The notes under the pieces are model-generated. The model was given only the letters and a program-made list of their open reading frames with translations. It ran no database searches and was not told where the DNA came from. From an uncultured archaeon (GTDB lineage Archaea > Asgardarchaeota > Thorarchaeia > Thorarchaeales > Thorarchaeaceae), in NCBI GenBank assembly GCA_964610875.1, contig CAZSWP010000003.1, positions 48,113 through 112,112 on the forward strand: DNA of 64,000 bases, written 5' to 3'. Below are positions 10,471 to 21,047 of this stretch, one piece after another. Within the stretch, counting starts at the first letter, position 1. Each line of letters starts with the position of its first letter. The position numbers were made by a program, and so were the translations under genes.

Positions 10471-11598
10471 TTATATCGTATAACTCGGTGAGCTTTTATT
10501 ATCCAATTTGAGAATTATGTTATCAAATATATCATCGGAAATATGATCTAGATTCTTCATTACCGCTTCGTGCAACGCTTCCTTTAGAACACGGTCTCTG
10601 AGGTCTCTGCCTGAGAGTCCGTTTGTTCTTGTTGCAAGGTAGTGTAAATCATAGGATATAGGAAGAGGCAATCTTGCTGCATACAATTTCAGTATTTCCT
10701 GACGCTCCTTGGTGTCAGGAAGGCGAAAATCAAAAACCGAGTCAAATCTACTTCTAATAGCCGAATCAATCAAAAGAGGAGCATTTGTCGCACCAATAAT
10801 CACCACACCTGATGCTTCATTTGTATGATCCATCTCGCCTAGAAGAGTTGTCACAACCTCAGATACATCACCACGAATTGATTGAAAGGATCTAGCAAGA
10901 CCAATTGCGTCAAGTTCGTCAATGAACATTATTGCTGGCGATTTTTTTCTTGCATCCTCAAATAGAGCATTGATTCTCCGTCCACCATCTCCAACATGAG
11001 TGCCAATCAGGTCAGATGCTTTTGTAAGTAGTATCGATGCATCTGCCTCATATGCGATTGCTTTTGCCATCAATGTCTTGCCAGTACCAGGTGGACCATA
11101 AAATAGAGAGGCACGTGGAGCCCATTCACCGAATTTTTCTGGATTATGTAAATATCTAAGAATCAATTGGCATTTCTGTTTCACTGATTTGTGACCAATT
11201 ACATCGTCTAGTGTTATTTTTCTTCCATTTAGTGATGTACTGATATTCTGAGTTTCAAGTACTATCTTCGTTTCATTTGTAATTATGGACTCAGAAGGAG
11301 ATACCTTAATCACTTCAAATGCAAAGTCAGGCATAACATAGCGATCAAAGAGATATGTCCCTTTTCGGACTATTGCACCAGCCCATTGTTCTCTTGCATA
11401 ATCGGTGAACAGTTTTTCATTATCAATTTCAAGTCCAGATGGTTTAGGATCGCCTCTAATTCGAAAAGGGTACCCTATGTCTTTTAGAATAAGTGTCTTT
11501 GCACTTGGTACCTCTAGATTTCGCTTTCGTTCGACTTTCGAGCTGGTTTCTCTGGATGATGTTGGAAGTTCGAACCCAGAGTCTTTTCGTTTTTTCAA
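10471..11598 (-). CDS. AAA ATPase, AMA/COG1223 family
   Basis: N-domain GYPF motif and YAREQW, Walker A GPPGTGKT, Walker B FIDE, FQSIRGDVSEVV. Confidence 0.8.
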   Translation of the reverse strand: MKKRKDSGFELPTSSRETSSKVERKRNLEVPSAKTLILKDIGYPFRIRGDPKPSGLEIDNEKLFTDYAREQWAGAIVRKGTYLFDRYVMPDFAFEVIKVSPSESIITNETKIVLETQNISTSLNGRKITLDDVIGHKSVKQKCQLILRYLHNPEKFGEWAPRASLFYGPPGTGKTLMAKAIAYEADASILLTKASDLIGTHVGDGGRRINALFEDARKKSPAIMFIDELDAIGLARSFQSIRGDVSEVVTTLLGEMDHTNEASGVVIIGATNAPLLIDSAIRSRFDSVFDFRLPDTKERQEILKLYAARLPLPISYDLHYLATRTNGLSGRDLRDRVLKEALHEAVMKNLDHISDDIFDNIILKLDNKSSPSYTI

Positions 11599-11723
11599 TT
11601 TCGAAAGTTACACCACACTCTCATTTTGTGATTGTCCTTTAAGAGTTCCTCTACAAACAAGAACCAACATGCTAATCAGTCACTTGAAACAAGCTATCTA
11701 CATCTCTAATGAATGGTGATTAT

Positions 11724-12293
11724 ATGTCAGATAAAATTAGAGCCTTTCTCAGTATTGATATTGATGATGAACGCCTTTTAAGAGAAATAGAAAAGGTCCA
11801 ATGTGCTTTGGATAGAGATGCTGCAAAGATGAAACTTGTTGAAATTGAAAATATACATCTCACTTGGAGATTCTTTGGGGATACTGCACCTGATAAAATA
11901 GACAGAATTCACAAAGAATTGGAAAGTTTGACATTTGAACCATTCAATATTCATATTGCTGGTGTTGGGTCCTTCCCAAATATTCGACGACCAAGAGTAG
12001 TATGGATAGGTGTTTCAAAGAACGTGGATGCCGTGAGAAACCTCAAGTTGTTGACTGACAAGCATCTTTCGAGATTAGGGTATCCTATTGAGAAAAGAAA
12101 ATTCATTCCACATGCAACAATAGCACGTATAAGAAATGTAAAGAATCAAGATGCAATTTCAAAGAGCATTAGTAGTTTGAAGGACACTGAAATTGGTGAG
12201 ATGACAGTTACTACGATTAGAATGAAGAAGAGTATCTTAACGTCTACTGGACCAATCTATGAAACATTATGGGACGTGCCATTGCGTGAATAG
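11724..12293 (+). CDS. thpR: RNA 2',3'-cyclic phosphodiesterase (2H family)
   Basis: RAFLSID, HLT and HAT 2H motifs, RPRVVWIG, GPIYE. Confidence 0.9.
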   Translation: MSDKIRAFLSIDIDDERLLREIEKVQCALDRDAAKMKLVEIENIHLTWRFFGDTAPDKIDRIHKELESLTFEPFNIHIAGVGSFPNIRRPRVVWIGVSKNVDAVRNLKLLTDKHLSRLGYPIEKRKFIPHATIARIRNVKNQDAISKSISSLKDTEIGEMTVTTIRMKKSILTSTGPIYETLWDVPLRE

Positions 12294-12297
12294 TTAG

Positions 12298-12404
12298 TGG
12301 TGGGCCGGGGGCGACTTGAACGCCCGATCTCTTGCAATTTGGTATTATGCAAAGATTGCAGAACAACCCCAAGCAAGAATCATACCAAGCTAGACTACCG
12401 ACCC
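12298..12404 (-). tRNA. tRNA-Pro(GGG) with 30-nt intron at 37/38 (about 12337-12366), CCA encoded
   Basis: Reverse complement GGGTCGGTAGTCTAGC...CTTGC TT GGG G[intron]T GCAAG...GTTCAAGTC...CCGGCCC A CCA. Confidence 0.9.
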
Positions 12405-12477
12405 ATGAGTTAGTTTGTCGTTTACTGATGTCAAGATAAACGTTGCCACACTGACTGGCTTATTTTCATTCAGTAAT

Positions 12478-12495
12478 TTAGAACACGTGTTCTAA
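12478..12495. promoter_or_regulatory. 18-bp perfect palindrome TTAGAACACGTGTTCTAA
   Basis: Lies in the divergent gap between tRNA-Pro and the deacetylase gene. The same core recurs at 45767, 46092 and 46302. Confidence 0.6.
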
Positions 12496-12577
12496 TGATG
12501 TATTAAAACCATGTTTCAAAGAAGGTAGTCTCATAAGGAAGAAGATACCAGTTGATTATCACTATAGAGATTGGAGT

Positions 12578-13639
12578 GTGTGTATTGTTACAACCGACTT
12601 GATATTTCATGATTTTTTCAAAAAACATGTTCTTTCACCAGGTCACCCAGAATCTCCGGATAGACTTACTGCCGCAATGGATTATCTTCGAGCTGCAGGT
12701 CTACTGGAGAATAATCATCTTGAGATGGTTACCCCTGAAAGAGCATCAATTGCAGATATTCTAAAACTTCATAGTGATACATACATAGATAATGTCAGAG
12801 AGAAGTCGGAAAGAGGCGGAGGTTTTTTTACTTTAGACACCTCAGTTAACAGATATACATTCGATGCAGCACTGCTTGCAGCTGGTGGTGGAATAGAGGC
12901 AGTAAGTCGAGTAATGGAAGGAGTGAGTGATAATGCATTTGTCCTTTGTCGACCACCCGGTCATCATGCAGAACACTCACGGGCTTTTGGTTTCTGTTTT
13001 ATGAACAATGTTGCTATTGCTGCTAAATATTTGCTTGAGGAAAAGGAAATCCGAAAGATAATAATCTTAGATTATGATGCCCATCATGGTAATGGGACCC
13101 AAAATATGTTCTATGATGATAACAGGGTGCTATACATTGGACTCCATCAGGATGGTCGAACGCTTTTTCCTGGTTCTGGTTTTACGAATGAAAGAGGGAT
13201 AAAGGATGGAGTAGGTTACACAGTCAACCTACCAATGTATCCAGGATCTGGTAATGTTTCGTATGGAACTGTTTTCGATGAGATTATAGTACCTGCTTTC
13301 AATTGTTACAAACCAGAATTTGTCCTTGTTTCTTCGGGATTTGATTGTCATTTTAATGACCCGCTTACTACATTGGGTCTTACGACCGAGGGTATTGCAA
13401 TGATGAATAAATATCTACATGATTTAGCACTTCATCATTCAGAGGGGAGATTGGTATATTTTTTGGAAGGAGGATACAATTTAGGAGCAATGGGTTCTGG
13501 TGTATTGAATACTATAGAGGAGCTCATTGGTACTGAGATTACCAAATATGGTGATGTCTATCAGGAGAGTGATAATTGTATAGTTTATACAAAGGAACTC
13601 GTGAAGAAGACAAAGGAGAATATACTAGATTCATTGTGA
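12578..13639 (+). CDS. histone deacetylase-family (Zn-dependent) deacylase
   Basis: HPESPDRL, RPPGHHA, GFCFMNN, DYDAHHGNGTQ, LEGGY. Confidence 0.93.
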   Translation: MCIVTTDLIFHDFFKKHVLSPGHPESPDRLTAAMDYLRAAGLLENNHLEMVTPERASIADILKLHSDTYIDNVREKSERGGGFFTLDTSVNRYTFDAALLAAGGGIEAVSRVMEGVSDNAFVLCRPPGHHAEHSRAFGFCFMNNVAIAAKYLLEEKEIRKIIILDYDAHHGNGTQNMFYDDNRVLYIGLHQDGRTLFPGSGFTNERGIKDGVGYTVNLPMYPGSGNVSYGTVFDEIIVPAFNCYKPEFVLVSSGFDCHFNDPLTTLGLTTEGIAMMNKYLHDLALHHSEGRLVYFLEGGYNLGAMGSGVLNTIEELIGTEITKYGDVYQESDNCIVYTKELVKKTKENILDSL

Positions 13640-13652
13640 TTTTTCTTAGATG

Positions 13653-15896
13653 CTATTGCTCAAAGTCTTCTAATAATGTCTGTAGTGCTAAATCATCATC
13701 TGGTTCAGCTGATACAGCTATTGAAATTTCATCATCTGAAACTTCAATTCCCAATTGGCGTTTTATTGATGCCGCAATTGAAGTACCAATAGTAGGAATA
13801 CGCGCCATTGTTTCGAGAGGCACTCTATACAAATCAGAAATAGATTTCAAATCATGATTATAGAGCATTCGTCCCCTTACTCGTCCAATTCCTTTAATGC
13901 TGACCAATTCTAAAAGTTCTGGATGTACACCATATTTCATTCGTTGACGATATGTATTGAGTTGCGAGAGATGATGTGATGCCCCAATGACTCGAGAGAC
14001 CTCTGTTATGGAGTACATAAGCCATTCAGCAGATTGAGTATATCTCTGGACATCACCCATTCCTACATTGAATTCATCAGTAATTTCTTTCTCTGTCCTC
14101 TCAGATAACCAATAACTGAGTAGACGAGCTGTTTTTATTTCTCCAAGAAATCTTGAATATGCTTCAGGGTCTTCCCAACTATCAGGTATTGGGACTAGTA
14201 AATCCTCGAATGAGTGAACAAGATAGTCATAATTCTCAAACTCTGTTTTTGTGACATAAGTTACGGGTTGATCTGGGCTGTGACAAAGAAGATGTAATAA
14301 TCCGATTTCTGAGAACGATTCATTTTCAGTTAATGCGTTTCGGAATAAGATAGCTGTATGGGGATCAATGTAGAGTCTAGATGTCCTTTCGCCCAAAGCT
14401 GTTGCAATAATGGAGTCATCATCAACGGATTCGATTAGTTCTCCTTCTTCTAAGAATGATAGTGCAGATGATATGTGATGTTCGATCTCCCACTTTTCAA
14501 ATTGATATGAATAGAATGTCCCATCGATTAAATGATCAATTTCTTCTCTGTTTCTCGTCAAATTTGATGCAATAGTTGATAGAAGATGAGAACGTATTGC
14601 AGTTTGTGATGCGAGTTTAGAGAGAATATCTTCTGGTTCTGAAAGAATATAGTTTTCCAGAAGAAAATCTTTCTCTTGAGGTGAACGTGCCACTAAAATG
14701 GCTTCACCATAGTCATCATATTTAGGACGACCTGCACGGCCGGCCATCTGCTTGTATTCTAATATTGGAATAGGATAGTTACCTCTGCTAGGCTCAAATC
14801 TTCGATAATCGCGAACTATCACTCTTCGTGCGGGTAGATTTACACCGGCAGCTAAGGTTGGTGTTGCTACTATTACCTTGAGATGATTCTTTTTGAAATG
14901 CTCTTCAATTAGACTGCGTTCTTGATTCGTTAGTCCTGCATGATGAAATGCTGCGCCTCTACTCATTACTTCTGCAAGTGTTTTTGTGATTTTAGGTGCC
15001 GAATGACTTGCGGCAATTCTCTTACCAACCTTTTCCAATATTTCTAAAGCAGCTTCATTCAGATATGGCCTAAGTGATGCTGCTATTCGTTTTGCCATTG
15101 ATATCGTAGACCTTCGAGATGATACAAATACCAATACTTGTCCATCCTCATCTAAGATGTCACAGACTATATCAGCTAATTCTTCACGGCGCTTGCGTTT
15201 AATAGAACGGGACGAATTATCTTCGAAATCTATTGACCCGTCCAGATATACTCCCTCTCTTAGTGGAATTGGACGCCATTCACTCTTTACAAGTTGGGCA
15301 TTAAGCCATCCAGCAATATCATCTGCATTTGATATTGTTGCACTTAATGCAACAATCTGTACATCTCCTCTAAGTCTTCGTAGTTTTGCTAGTACCATTT
15401 CTAAAGTTGGTCCTCGTGATGTATCATTGACTAGGTGTATCTCGTCAATTACAACTATACCAATATCATTAAGCCAATCGACTTGATGTCGAATCAATGA
15501 ATCTGCACGTTCTGTCGTTAGTATGATAATATCTGCGTCTTTTAGACTAGTTCCCGAGGAGTCATAATCTCCAACGGACATAGCTATTGTAATTCCAATT
15601 TTCTCATATCGACGGAATTCTTCATATTTCTCACTTGCAAGTGACCTCAATGGAACGAGATACAATGCCTTTCCAAGTCCATCAAGAATTGACTTTAGCA
15701 TACTTATTTCAGCGACAAGTGTTTTTCCTGAGCTTGTAGGCACTGCGAGAACAAGGTTCTTGCCTTCTAGTACGCCAGATTTGAGAGCAGAATCTTGTGT
15801 TGGAAACAGCTTTTTTATTCCAAAACTATGTAGTAAGTCAATCACCCTACGATTGATGGATAAGTCTTCTATTTGCGATGTCACTACTCTCCACAC
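13653..15896 (-). CDS. hel308: Ski2-like DNA helicase Hel308/Hjm
   Basis: PTSSGKT, DEIH, LSAT, TLAAGVNLPA, QMAGRAGRP, C-terminal HhH. Confidence 0.93.
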   Translation of the reverse strand: MWRVVTSQIEDLSINRRVIDLLHSFGIKKLFPTQDSALKSGVLEGKNLVLAVPTSSGKTLVAEISMLKSILDGLGKALYLVPLRSLASEKYEEFRRYEKIGITIAMSVGDYDSSGTSLKDADIIILTTERADSLIRHQVDWLNDIGIVVIDEIHLVNDTSRGPTLEMVLAKLRRLRGDVQIVALSATISNADDIAGWLNAQLVKSEWRPIPLREGVYLDGSIDFEDNSSRSIKRKRREELADIVCDILDEDGQVLVFVSSRRSTISMAKRIAASLRPYLNEAALEILEKVGKRIAASHSAPKITKTLAEVMSRGAAFHHAGLTNQERSLIEEHFKKNHLKVIVATPTLAAGVNLPARRVIVRDYRRFEPSRGNYPIPILEYKQMAGRAGRPKYDDYGEAILVARSPQEKDFLLENYILSEPEDILSKLASQTAIRSHLLSTIASNLTRNREEIDHLIDGTFYSYQFEKWEIEHHISSALSFLEEGELIESVDDDSIIATALGERTSRLYIDPHTAILFRNALTENESFSEIGLLHLLCHSPDQPVTYVTKTEFENYDYLVHSFEDLLVPIPDSWEDPEAYSRFLGEIKTARLLSYWLSERTEKEITDEFNVGMGDVQRYTQSAEWLMYSITEVSRVIGASHHLSQLNTYRQRMKYGVHPELLELVSIKGIGRVRGRMLYNHDLKSISDLYRVPLETMARIPTIGTSIAASIKRQLGIEVSDDEISIAVSAEPDDDLALQTLLEDFEQ

Positions 15897-15907
15897 TTCA
15901 TAGGTAT

Positions 15908-17992
15908 CTAGCTTTGTACTCTTCGGTATTTTCCATGTGTAGGAATGAACAATATGCCTTCATCAAGCAACTTTTTGATGACTTCTTCAGCACGTTCCTT
16001 TGATATACCAAGGGCTTCAACTCTTGAAAGCAACTCTTCTTCACTAACGGTAGATGAGCCTTCAGATTCCATATCTTTCATTACCTTCAAAATAATATCA
16101 GACGAGCTTCTCTGGGCTGCGCTCATTGTTGACACCAGTCGATCTATGTCAATTTTTCCTGTAATACGATCTAAGGCTACCATGCGAAGGGACTCTTCCA
16201 TTAATCGTATTGCTGCTTGGGCATCTTCTTTTGTCACCTTTGTCCTTAGGGCCATCTTTGCTCTTGCTTCAGCGAGACGTACTAAAGCTTCTAGTTGTCT
16301 AGCAGTAATTGGTACAGGAGCATTGCCACCTTCAGCACTTTTTCTCAGGTCTACATAGAAATTTTCAATCACTTCTGCTGCTTCTGCGGATAGTTGAGGT
16401 AAAACATATCTGTTAGCATATCCGATATACTTCTTTAAAAAAGCAGGAGCGATAGGTGGAGTAGATGCCTGTATTTGAATAGGTTTCATTTGATGCATAC
16501 CAAGAATAAACTGTGCTAGTTCTCGATCTTTTGTTGCTTCGACTGTGTCGATGAGAACCCAAATTAAATCAAATCGTGATAAAATAGTGAAGGGAAGCTT
16601 TATGTTATCTTGAACTGAGAGAGATGATTCGTATCGTCCTAGAGTGGGATTTGCTGCAGCCAGGATGGATGTGCGTGCATTTAGTGTTGCAACAATTCCT
16701 GCTTTTGCAATACTAACAGTGTGCTGTTCCATCGCTTCATGTATCGCCGTTCTATCATTTGGGTCCATTTTATCAAATTCATCAATACAGGCAATACCTT
16801 GATCAGCCAATACTAATGCTCCTGCTTCAAGGGTCATGGTACCAGTGTCACTATCATGCATCACTGCTGCAGTTAAGCCAGCTGCAGAGCTACCTTTACC
16901 TGAAGTGTAAAGACTTCTCGAAGCAAGTCGAGTTACAAATTTAAGTATCTGACTTTTACCAGTACCAGGGTCACCAATCATTAGAATATTGGACCTGCCT
17001 CGTAGTCTTGTTCCATCTGATAATGCCTTTGCTCTGCCTCCAAATAGGAGAAGAGCTATTGATTCTTTGATGTGTTCATGACCTTGAATAGAAGGAGCTA
17101 TTGAAGCGAATATTCTCTTGTGCACATATGGGTCTTCAGCAAGAGCACGAATTTCTTTTTCATCCTCGTCCGATAATTCTAATTGTTCATATTCTTTCTC
17201 TGCTATCTCCACACCATTAGCTTGGATAAACACTCTGAAAGTAGCTAAACGTCCACCACGTCTTGAAAAATCAGGTGTTGTCATGAGAATGCCTGTAAGA
17301 CGAACTAGGTCACCAGGTCGTGAGGTATCTACAATATCACCTTCGAAAATCACATCAACAGATCGAGGCATCTGTCCAGGCGGAAGTTCATCAGGGGACT
17401 CCTGAATACGTACTTTTTGCCAGTCCCTAAAATGAGATTTTTCAGGAAGAAGGCGGAATCTCTTCTTCCCACACATTGGACAACTCTCAGGTTCTGTATA
17501 CCTTCCACCTTCGAGAATTATTGTAGTTTCTTCACCACAATTCTGAGCGATACATTTGAAAGTTGCTTTGACAAGCAGGGGTTTTACTTCACTGGCCCGC
17601 ATCATAATCCCGCCTATTTGAATAAGGTGACCAATGTGACGGGCTCGAATAGACCGTAAGGATACAGTATCAGGATAATTTACAACTCTGACCTTTAATA
17701 TGTCTTCATCAAGTCCAGCAAGGTAATCTGGGTCTTCTATTGAAATGATGTACATAAGTGCATTATCTGCAGTATCCAAAAAGCGTGCTGGATTCTCCTT
17801 TGTTTGATTAAGAAGTTCTCGGTCAAATCCAATCAAGTCCATGAAATCAATAGTAAGTGATGTTTCATCGTTGATTGACATTTGTTGGATTCGCGACCAA
17901 TATGTTAGATTTCCATGTTCATCCTTGAAAGTACGAAGGAATTCCTCGAATCTCTCTTGGGTGGCATCTCTTTCTATACTCATTTCTTCCAT
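15908..17992 (-). CDS. mcm: replicative helicase MCM
   Basis: Zn finger, GDPGTGKSQ, SSAAGLTAAV, IDEFDKM, LSRFD, C-terminal wH. Confidence 0.98.
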   Translation of the reverse strand: MEEMSIERDATQERFEEFLRTFKDEHGNLTYWSRIQQMSINDETSLTIDFMDLIGFDRELLNQTKENPARFLDTADNALMYIISIEDPDYLAGLDEDILKVRVVNYPDTVSLRSIRARHIGHLIQIGGIMMRASEVKPLLVKATFKCIAQNCGEETTIILEGGRYTEPESCPMCGKKRFRLLPEKSHFRDWQKVRIQESPDELPPGQMPRSVDVIFEGDIVDTSRPGDLVRLTGILMTTPDFSRRGGRLATFRVFIQANGVEIAEKEYEQLELSDEDEKEIRALAEDPYVHKRIFASIAPSIQGHEHIKESIALLLFGGRAKALSDGTRLRGRSNILMIGDPGTGKSQILKFVTRLASRSLYTSGKGSSAAGLTAAVMHDSDTGTMTLEAGALVLADQGIACIDEFDKMDPNDRTAIHEAMEQHTVSIAKAGIVATLNARTSILAAANPTLGRYESSLSVQDNIKLPFTILSRFDLIWVLIDTVEATKDRELAQFILGMHQMKPIQIQASTPPIAPAFLKKYIGYANRYVLPQLSAEAAEVIENFYVDLRKSAEGGNAPVPITARQLEALVRLAEARAKMALRTKVTKEDAQAAIRLMEESLRMVALDRITGKIDIDRLVSTMSAAQRSSSDIILKVMKDMESEGSSTVSEEELLSRVEALGISKERAEEVIKKLLDEGILFIPTHGKYRRVQS

Positions 17993-18177
17993 AACACTCC
18001 AGATTACAACTTGATAGACTTAGCTCGATGTATATGAACCAAACTCAGAGTCGTTTATTTGTGCTTCAAGCTATGTATTGCCTAGATATTGATAATAAAC
18101 CCACACTCGAATTTTACGAGCGTTGATTTTAATCATAATCCTGTGTGAAGTGCGGATTTCAACACTAAAATGTATGC

Positions 18178-18735
18178 TCATAGAGCACTCTTATTCCATT
18201 CTGAGAGGAGGGTTGCTATTTGTTCACTTAACCATCGTTCCTCTAAGGTCATTTGTTTTTTCATATCATGCCAGTTCTCAGTTTTTGCTGCTCTAATGAC
18301 CTGTGATAGTCTTGGTCCTCTCAGGTTTTCAATCATCTGTTCTAATTGTTTAATCTCATTGTATTGCCTACTATCAAGAGAAGTCTTATCCGAACGCATC
18401 AAGAGTAATCTTCTAGTCAATGCAGCGTATAGAAATTGATGAAAATGTTGCAAACGAAATGGTTGTTCCCTCTGTTTAATTTGAATACGCTGTAGATTCT
18501 CAAGGGATTCATAGTTTTCGTCCTCGGTAACTTCAAGCCAGTTCTTTTGTTGCAATTTTTCGATAATCCAATTCGGAAGACTTGCTTGGTCACCGGGTCG
18601 AAATGGACCAATAGAATATCTACCCAGCTGGGTTTCTGGAATATCTTCTAATATATTACATGTACGACTGTCATTTAGAAATCGCATTCTGTGTCTTTGA
18701 ATATAGACATCTATTTCATCATTGATATCAGACAT
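18178..18735 (-). CDS. GINS subunit, Gins23/Psf2-like
   Basis: IGPFRPGDQASLPNW B-domain followed by a helical A-domain with MTLEE. Directly upstream of mcm. Confidence 0.8.
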   Translation of the reverse strand: MSDINDEIDVYIQRHRMRFLNDSRTCNILEDIPETQLGRYSIGPFRPGDQASLPNWIIEKLQQKNWLEVTEDENYESLENLQRIQIKQREQPFRLQHFHQFLYAALTRRLLLMRSDKTSLDSRQYNEIKQLEQMIENLRGPRLSQVIRAAKTENWHDMKKQMTLEERWLSEQIATLLSEWNKSAL

Positions 18736-18860
18736 ATGTGATTCATCTCATAATAGTCGTTGAGTTGATAAAGCCATTACGCTCACACATTACTAAGCGG
18801 TGAACCTATTAGGCTTGTAGAATTCACCAAGACTGAACTGGACTGTGTATCAGGTGTTGT

Positions 18861-19820
18861 TTGGTGAGAGAAATGGATATTGATCTTTGGACTGAAAAAC
18901 ATAGACCAAAAACATTACGGGAGATTGTTGGTCAGAATTCCGTGGTGGACCGTCTGAATCGGTTTGTTGAAAAGAGAGCTGTTCCGCATTGCCTTTTCGC
19001 TGGACCTCCAGGTACTGCCAAAACAACCGCAGCTATGGCCATGGCTAGAGACCTCTTCGGTGATTCATTTGAACGTAATTTTATGGAATTGAATGCTAGT
19101 GATGAAAGAGGTATTGATGTAGTTAGAACACAAATCAAGAATTTTGCAAGATCTTTACCAGCAAGTGATGCGCCCTTCAAGATTCTTGTACTAGATGAGG
19201 CAGACCATCTTACGAGTGATGCACAACATGCATTAAGAAGAACAATGGAATCATATGCTTCATCATGTCGCATGGTATTGATTTGCAATTACTCTAGTAG
19301 AATCATTCCGCCAATTCAATCACGTTGTGCTATATTCAAATTTTCAAGATTGGGCGAGAATTCAATTTCTGATAGATTGTATTATATTGCAGAAATTGAG
19401 AAGATTGATTTGACAGCTGAAGGTAAAGATGCAATACTCTATTTATCAAATGGTGACATGAGAGCTGCAATTAATCTGCTTCAAGCTGCAGCATCCACAG
19501 ATGAAAAGATAACAGATGTTGTTGTTTTTTCAATATCAGGTAGAGCCAGTCCGGAAAGAATTAGAGATCTATTGGATGAAGCCTTGTCAGGTAATTATGA
19601 TAAATCTCTTGAAATTTTACGAGATCTCATCTATAGAGAGGGGGTTTCACCTGTAGATTTAGTGAGACAAATGCACAGAGAGATTAATTCTCTAGAGCTG
19701 CAGGGTACACTAAAAATGAATATTCTAGAGCGTGCTGCTGAAATTGAGTTTCGTATTTCAGAAGGGGCAAATGGAGAGATTCAAATTGTTTCACTACTAG
19801 CACAGATGAAACAGGAGTAG
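18861..19820 (+). CDS. rfcS: replication factor C small subunit
   Basis: WTEKHRP, GPPGTAKT, ELNASDERGIDVVR, LDEAD, SRC. Confidence 0.96.
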   Translation: MVREMDIDLWTEKHRPKTLREIVGQNSVVDRLNRFVEKRAVPHCLFAGPPGTAKTTAAMAMARDLFGDSFERNFMELNASDERGIDVVRTQIKNFARSLPASDAPFKILVLDEADHLTSDAQHALRRTMESYASSCRMVLICNYSSRIIPPIQSRCAIFKFSRLGENSISDRLYYIAEIEKIDLTAEGKDAILYLSNGDMRAAINLLQAAASTDEKITDVVVFSISGRASPERIRDLLDEALSGNYDKSLEILRDLIYREGVSPVDLVRQMHREINSLELQGTLKMNILERAAEIEFRISEGANGEIQIVSLLAQMKQE

Positions 19821-19826
19821 GGAGTA

Positions 19827-21047
19827 TTGGATAAACGTGATTTGCCTTGGGTCGAAAAATTCCGACCTACACGTTTTGAAGATCTTGTGGGCAATGAGGC
19901 TGGAATAAGTGATTTGTTTGATTGGGTCAGGTCTTGGAAAAAAGACACCCCATCAAAACGAGGGGTATTATTAGCCGGTCCCCCAGGGACTGGAAAAACA
20001 TCCGTCGTGGGTGTTGTAGCAAACGAGTTTAATGCAGAATTAGTGGAATTCAATGCAAGTGATAAGCGAAACAAATCCAGTATTGAAACCCTAGTCTGGC
20101 GTGCTGCTACACAACAAACTCTTGATGGAAGTATGAGAATAATATTACTTGATGAGGTAGATGGTCTATCTGGTTCTAGTGATAGAGGAGGCATAGGTGC
20201 CATAGTCAAGATAATTGATCAAGCTGTTCATCCCATAATAATGACGGCAAATGATTCAGATAATCCTAGAATAAAGAGTCTACTCAAAAAATGTAAAACT
20301 GTTGAATTCAGTCCTGTGAATTCACAAGATATTGAAATAATACTCAATAGAATAATAGAAGAAATAGAAGTTTCATTCTCTGAAGATGTCATTCAAGGAA
20401 TAGTTATGGGTTCTAATGGAGACATCAGAGCTGCAATTGCGGATTTACAAAGTGCAGTGGAGAGCAAATCGGACCCTGAAGACCTGGTTGGTAATAGAGA
20501 TGTGAAACGGTCCATTAAGGATGTGCTCCGTCGTCTCTTCATGACTACTGACTCAAAAACTGCAAGAGTTGTGGTGTCGCAGGGGGATGTAGATTACAAC
20601 GATTTGTTGTTATGGCTTGATCAAAATATTCATCTCCATCTAAATTCTCCTGACGAACTAGACACTGGTTTTGAAGCATTATCATTAGCAGACCTGTATT
20701 TAGGACGTATAATGATGAAACAAAACTGGAAATTGCTTTCTTACGTATACGATTTTCTCTCAGCAGGCGTCGCCACAAGTCGTTCAAAGACGCCTTTTCG
20801 TAAAGTATCATATTCGCGACCCATATGGCCACTTCTAATATGGAAAGGAAGTCGTAAACAGAGTAAACAGAAAGATTTGCTTTCTCGGCTTTCAAAATTG
20901 ACAGGAGTTTCGAGTACGAGGGTAAGTAATACTTCGGTGTATTCAATTGAAAAGATAATTAAAAATAGTCCAAAGATGTTGGATTTGTTTACAAAATGGC
21001 TTGATGTCAAACGTAGTGTCTTCAGTAAGAAGACAAAAAGACGTTAG
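19827..21047 (+). CDS. rfcL: replication factor C large subunit
   Basis: PWVEKFRP, GPPGTGKT, EFNASD, LDEVDG. Follows rfcS. Confidence 0.93.
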   Translation: MDKRDLPWVEKFRPTRFEDLVGNEAGISDLFDWVRSWKKDTPSKRGVLLAGPPGTGKTSVVGVVANEFNAELVEFNASDKRNKSSIETLVWRAATQQTLDGSMRIILLDEVDGLSGSSDRGGIGAIVKIIDQAVHPIIMTANDSDNPRIKSLLKKCKTVEFSPVNSQDIEIILNRIIEEIEVSFSEDVIQGIVMGSNGDIRAAIADLQSAVESKSDPEDLVGNRDVKRSIKDVLRRLFMTTDSKTARVVVSQGDVDYNDLLLWLDQNIHLHLNSPDELDTGFEALSLADLYLGRIMMKQNWKLLSYVYDFLSAGVATSRSKTPFRKVSYSRPIWPLLIWKGSRKQSKQKDLLSRLSKLTGVSSTRVSNTSVYSIEKIIKNSPKMLDLFTKWLDVKRSVFSKKTKRR

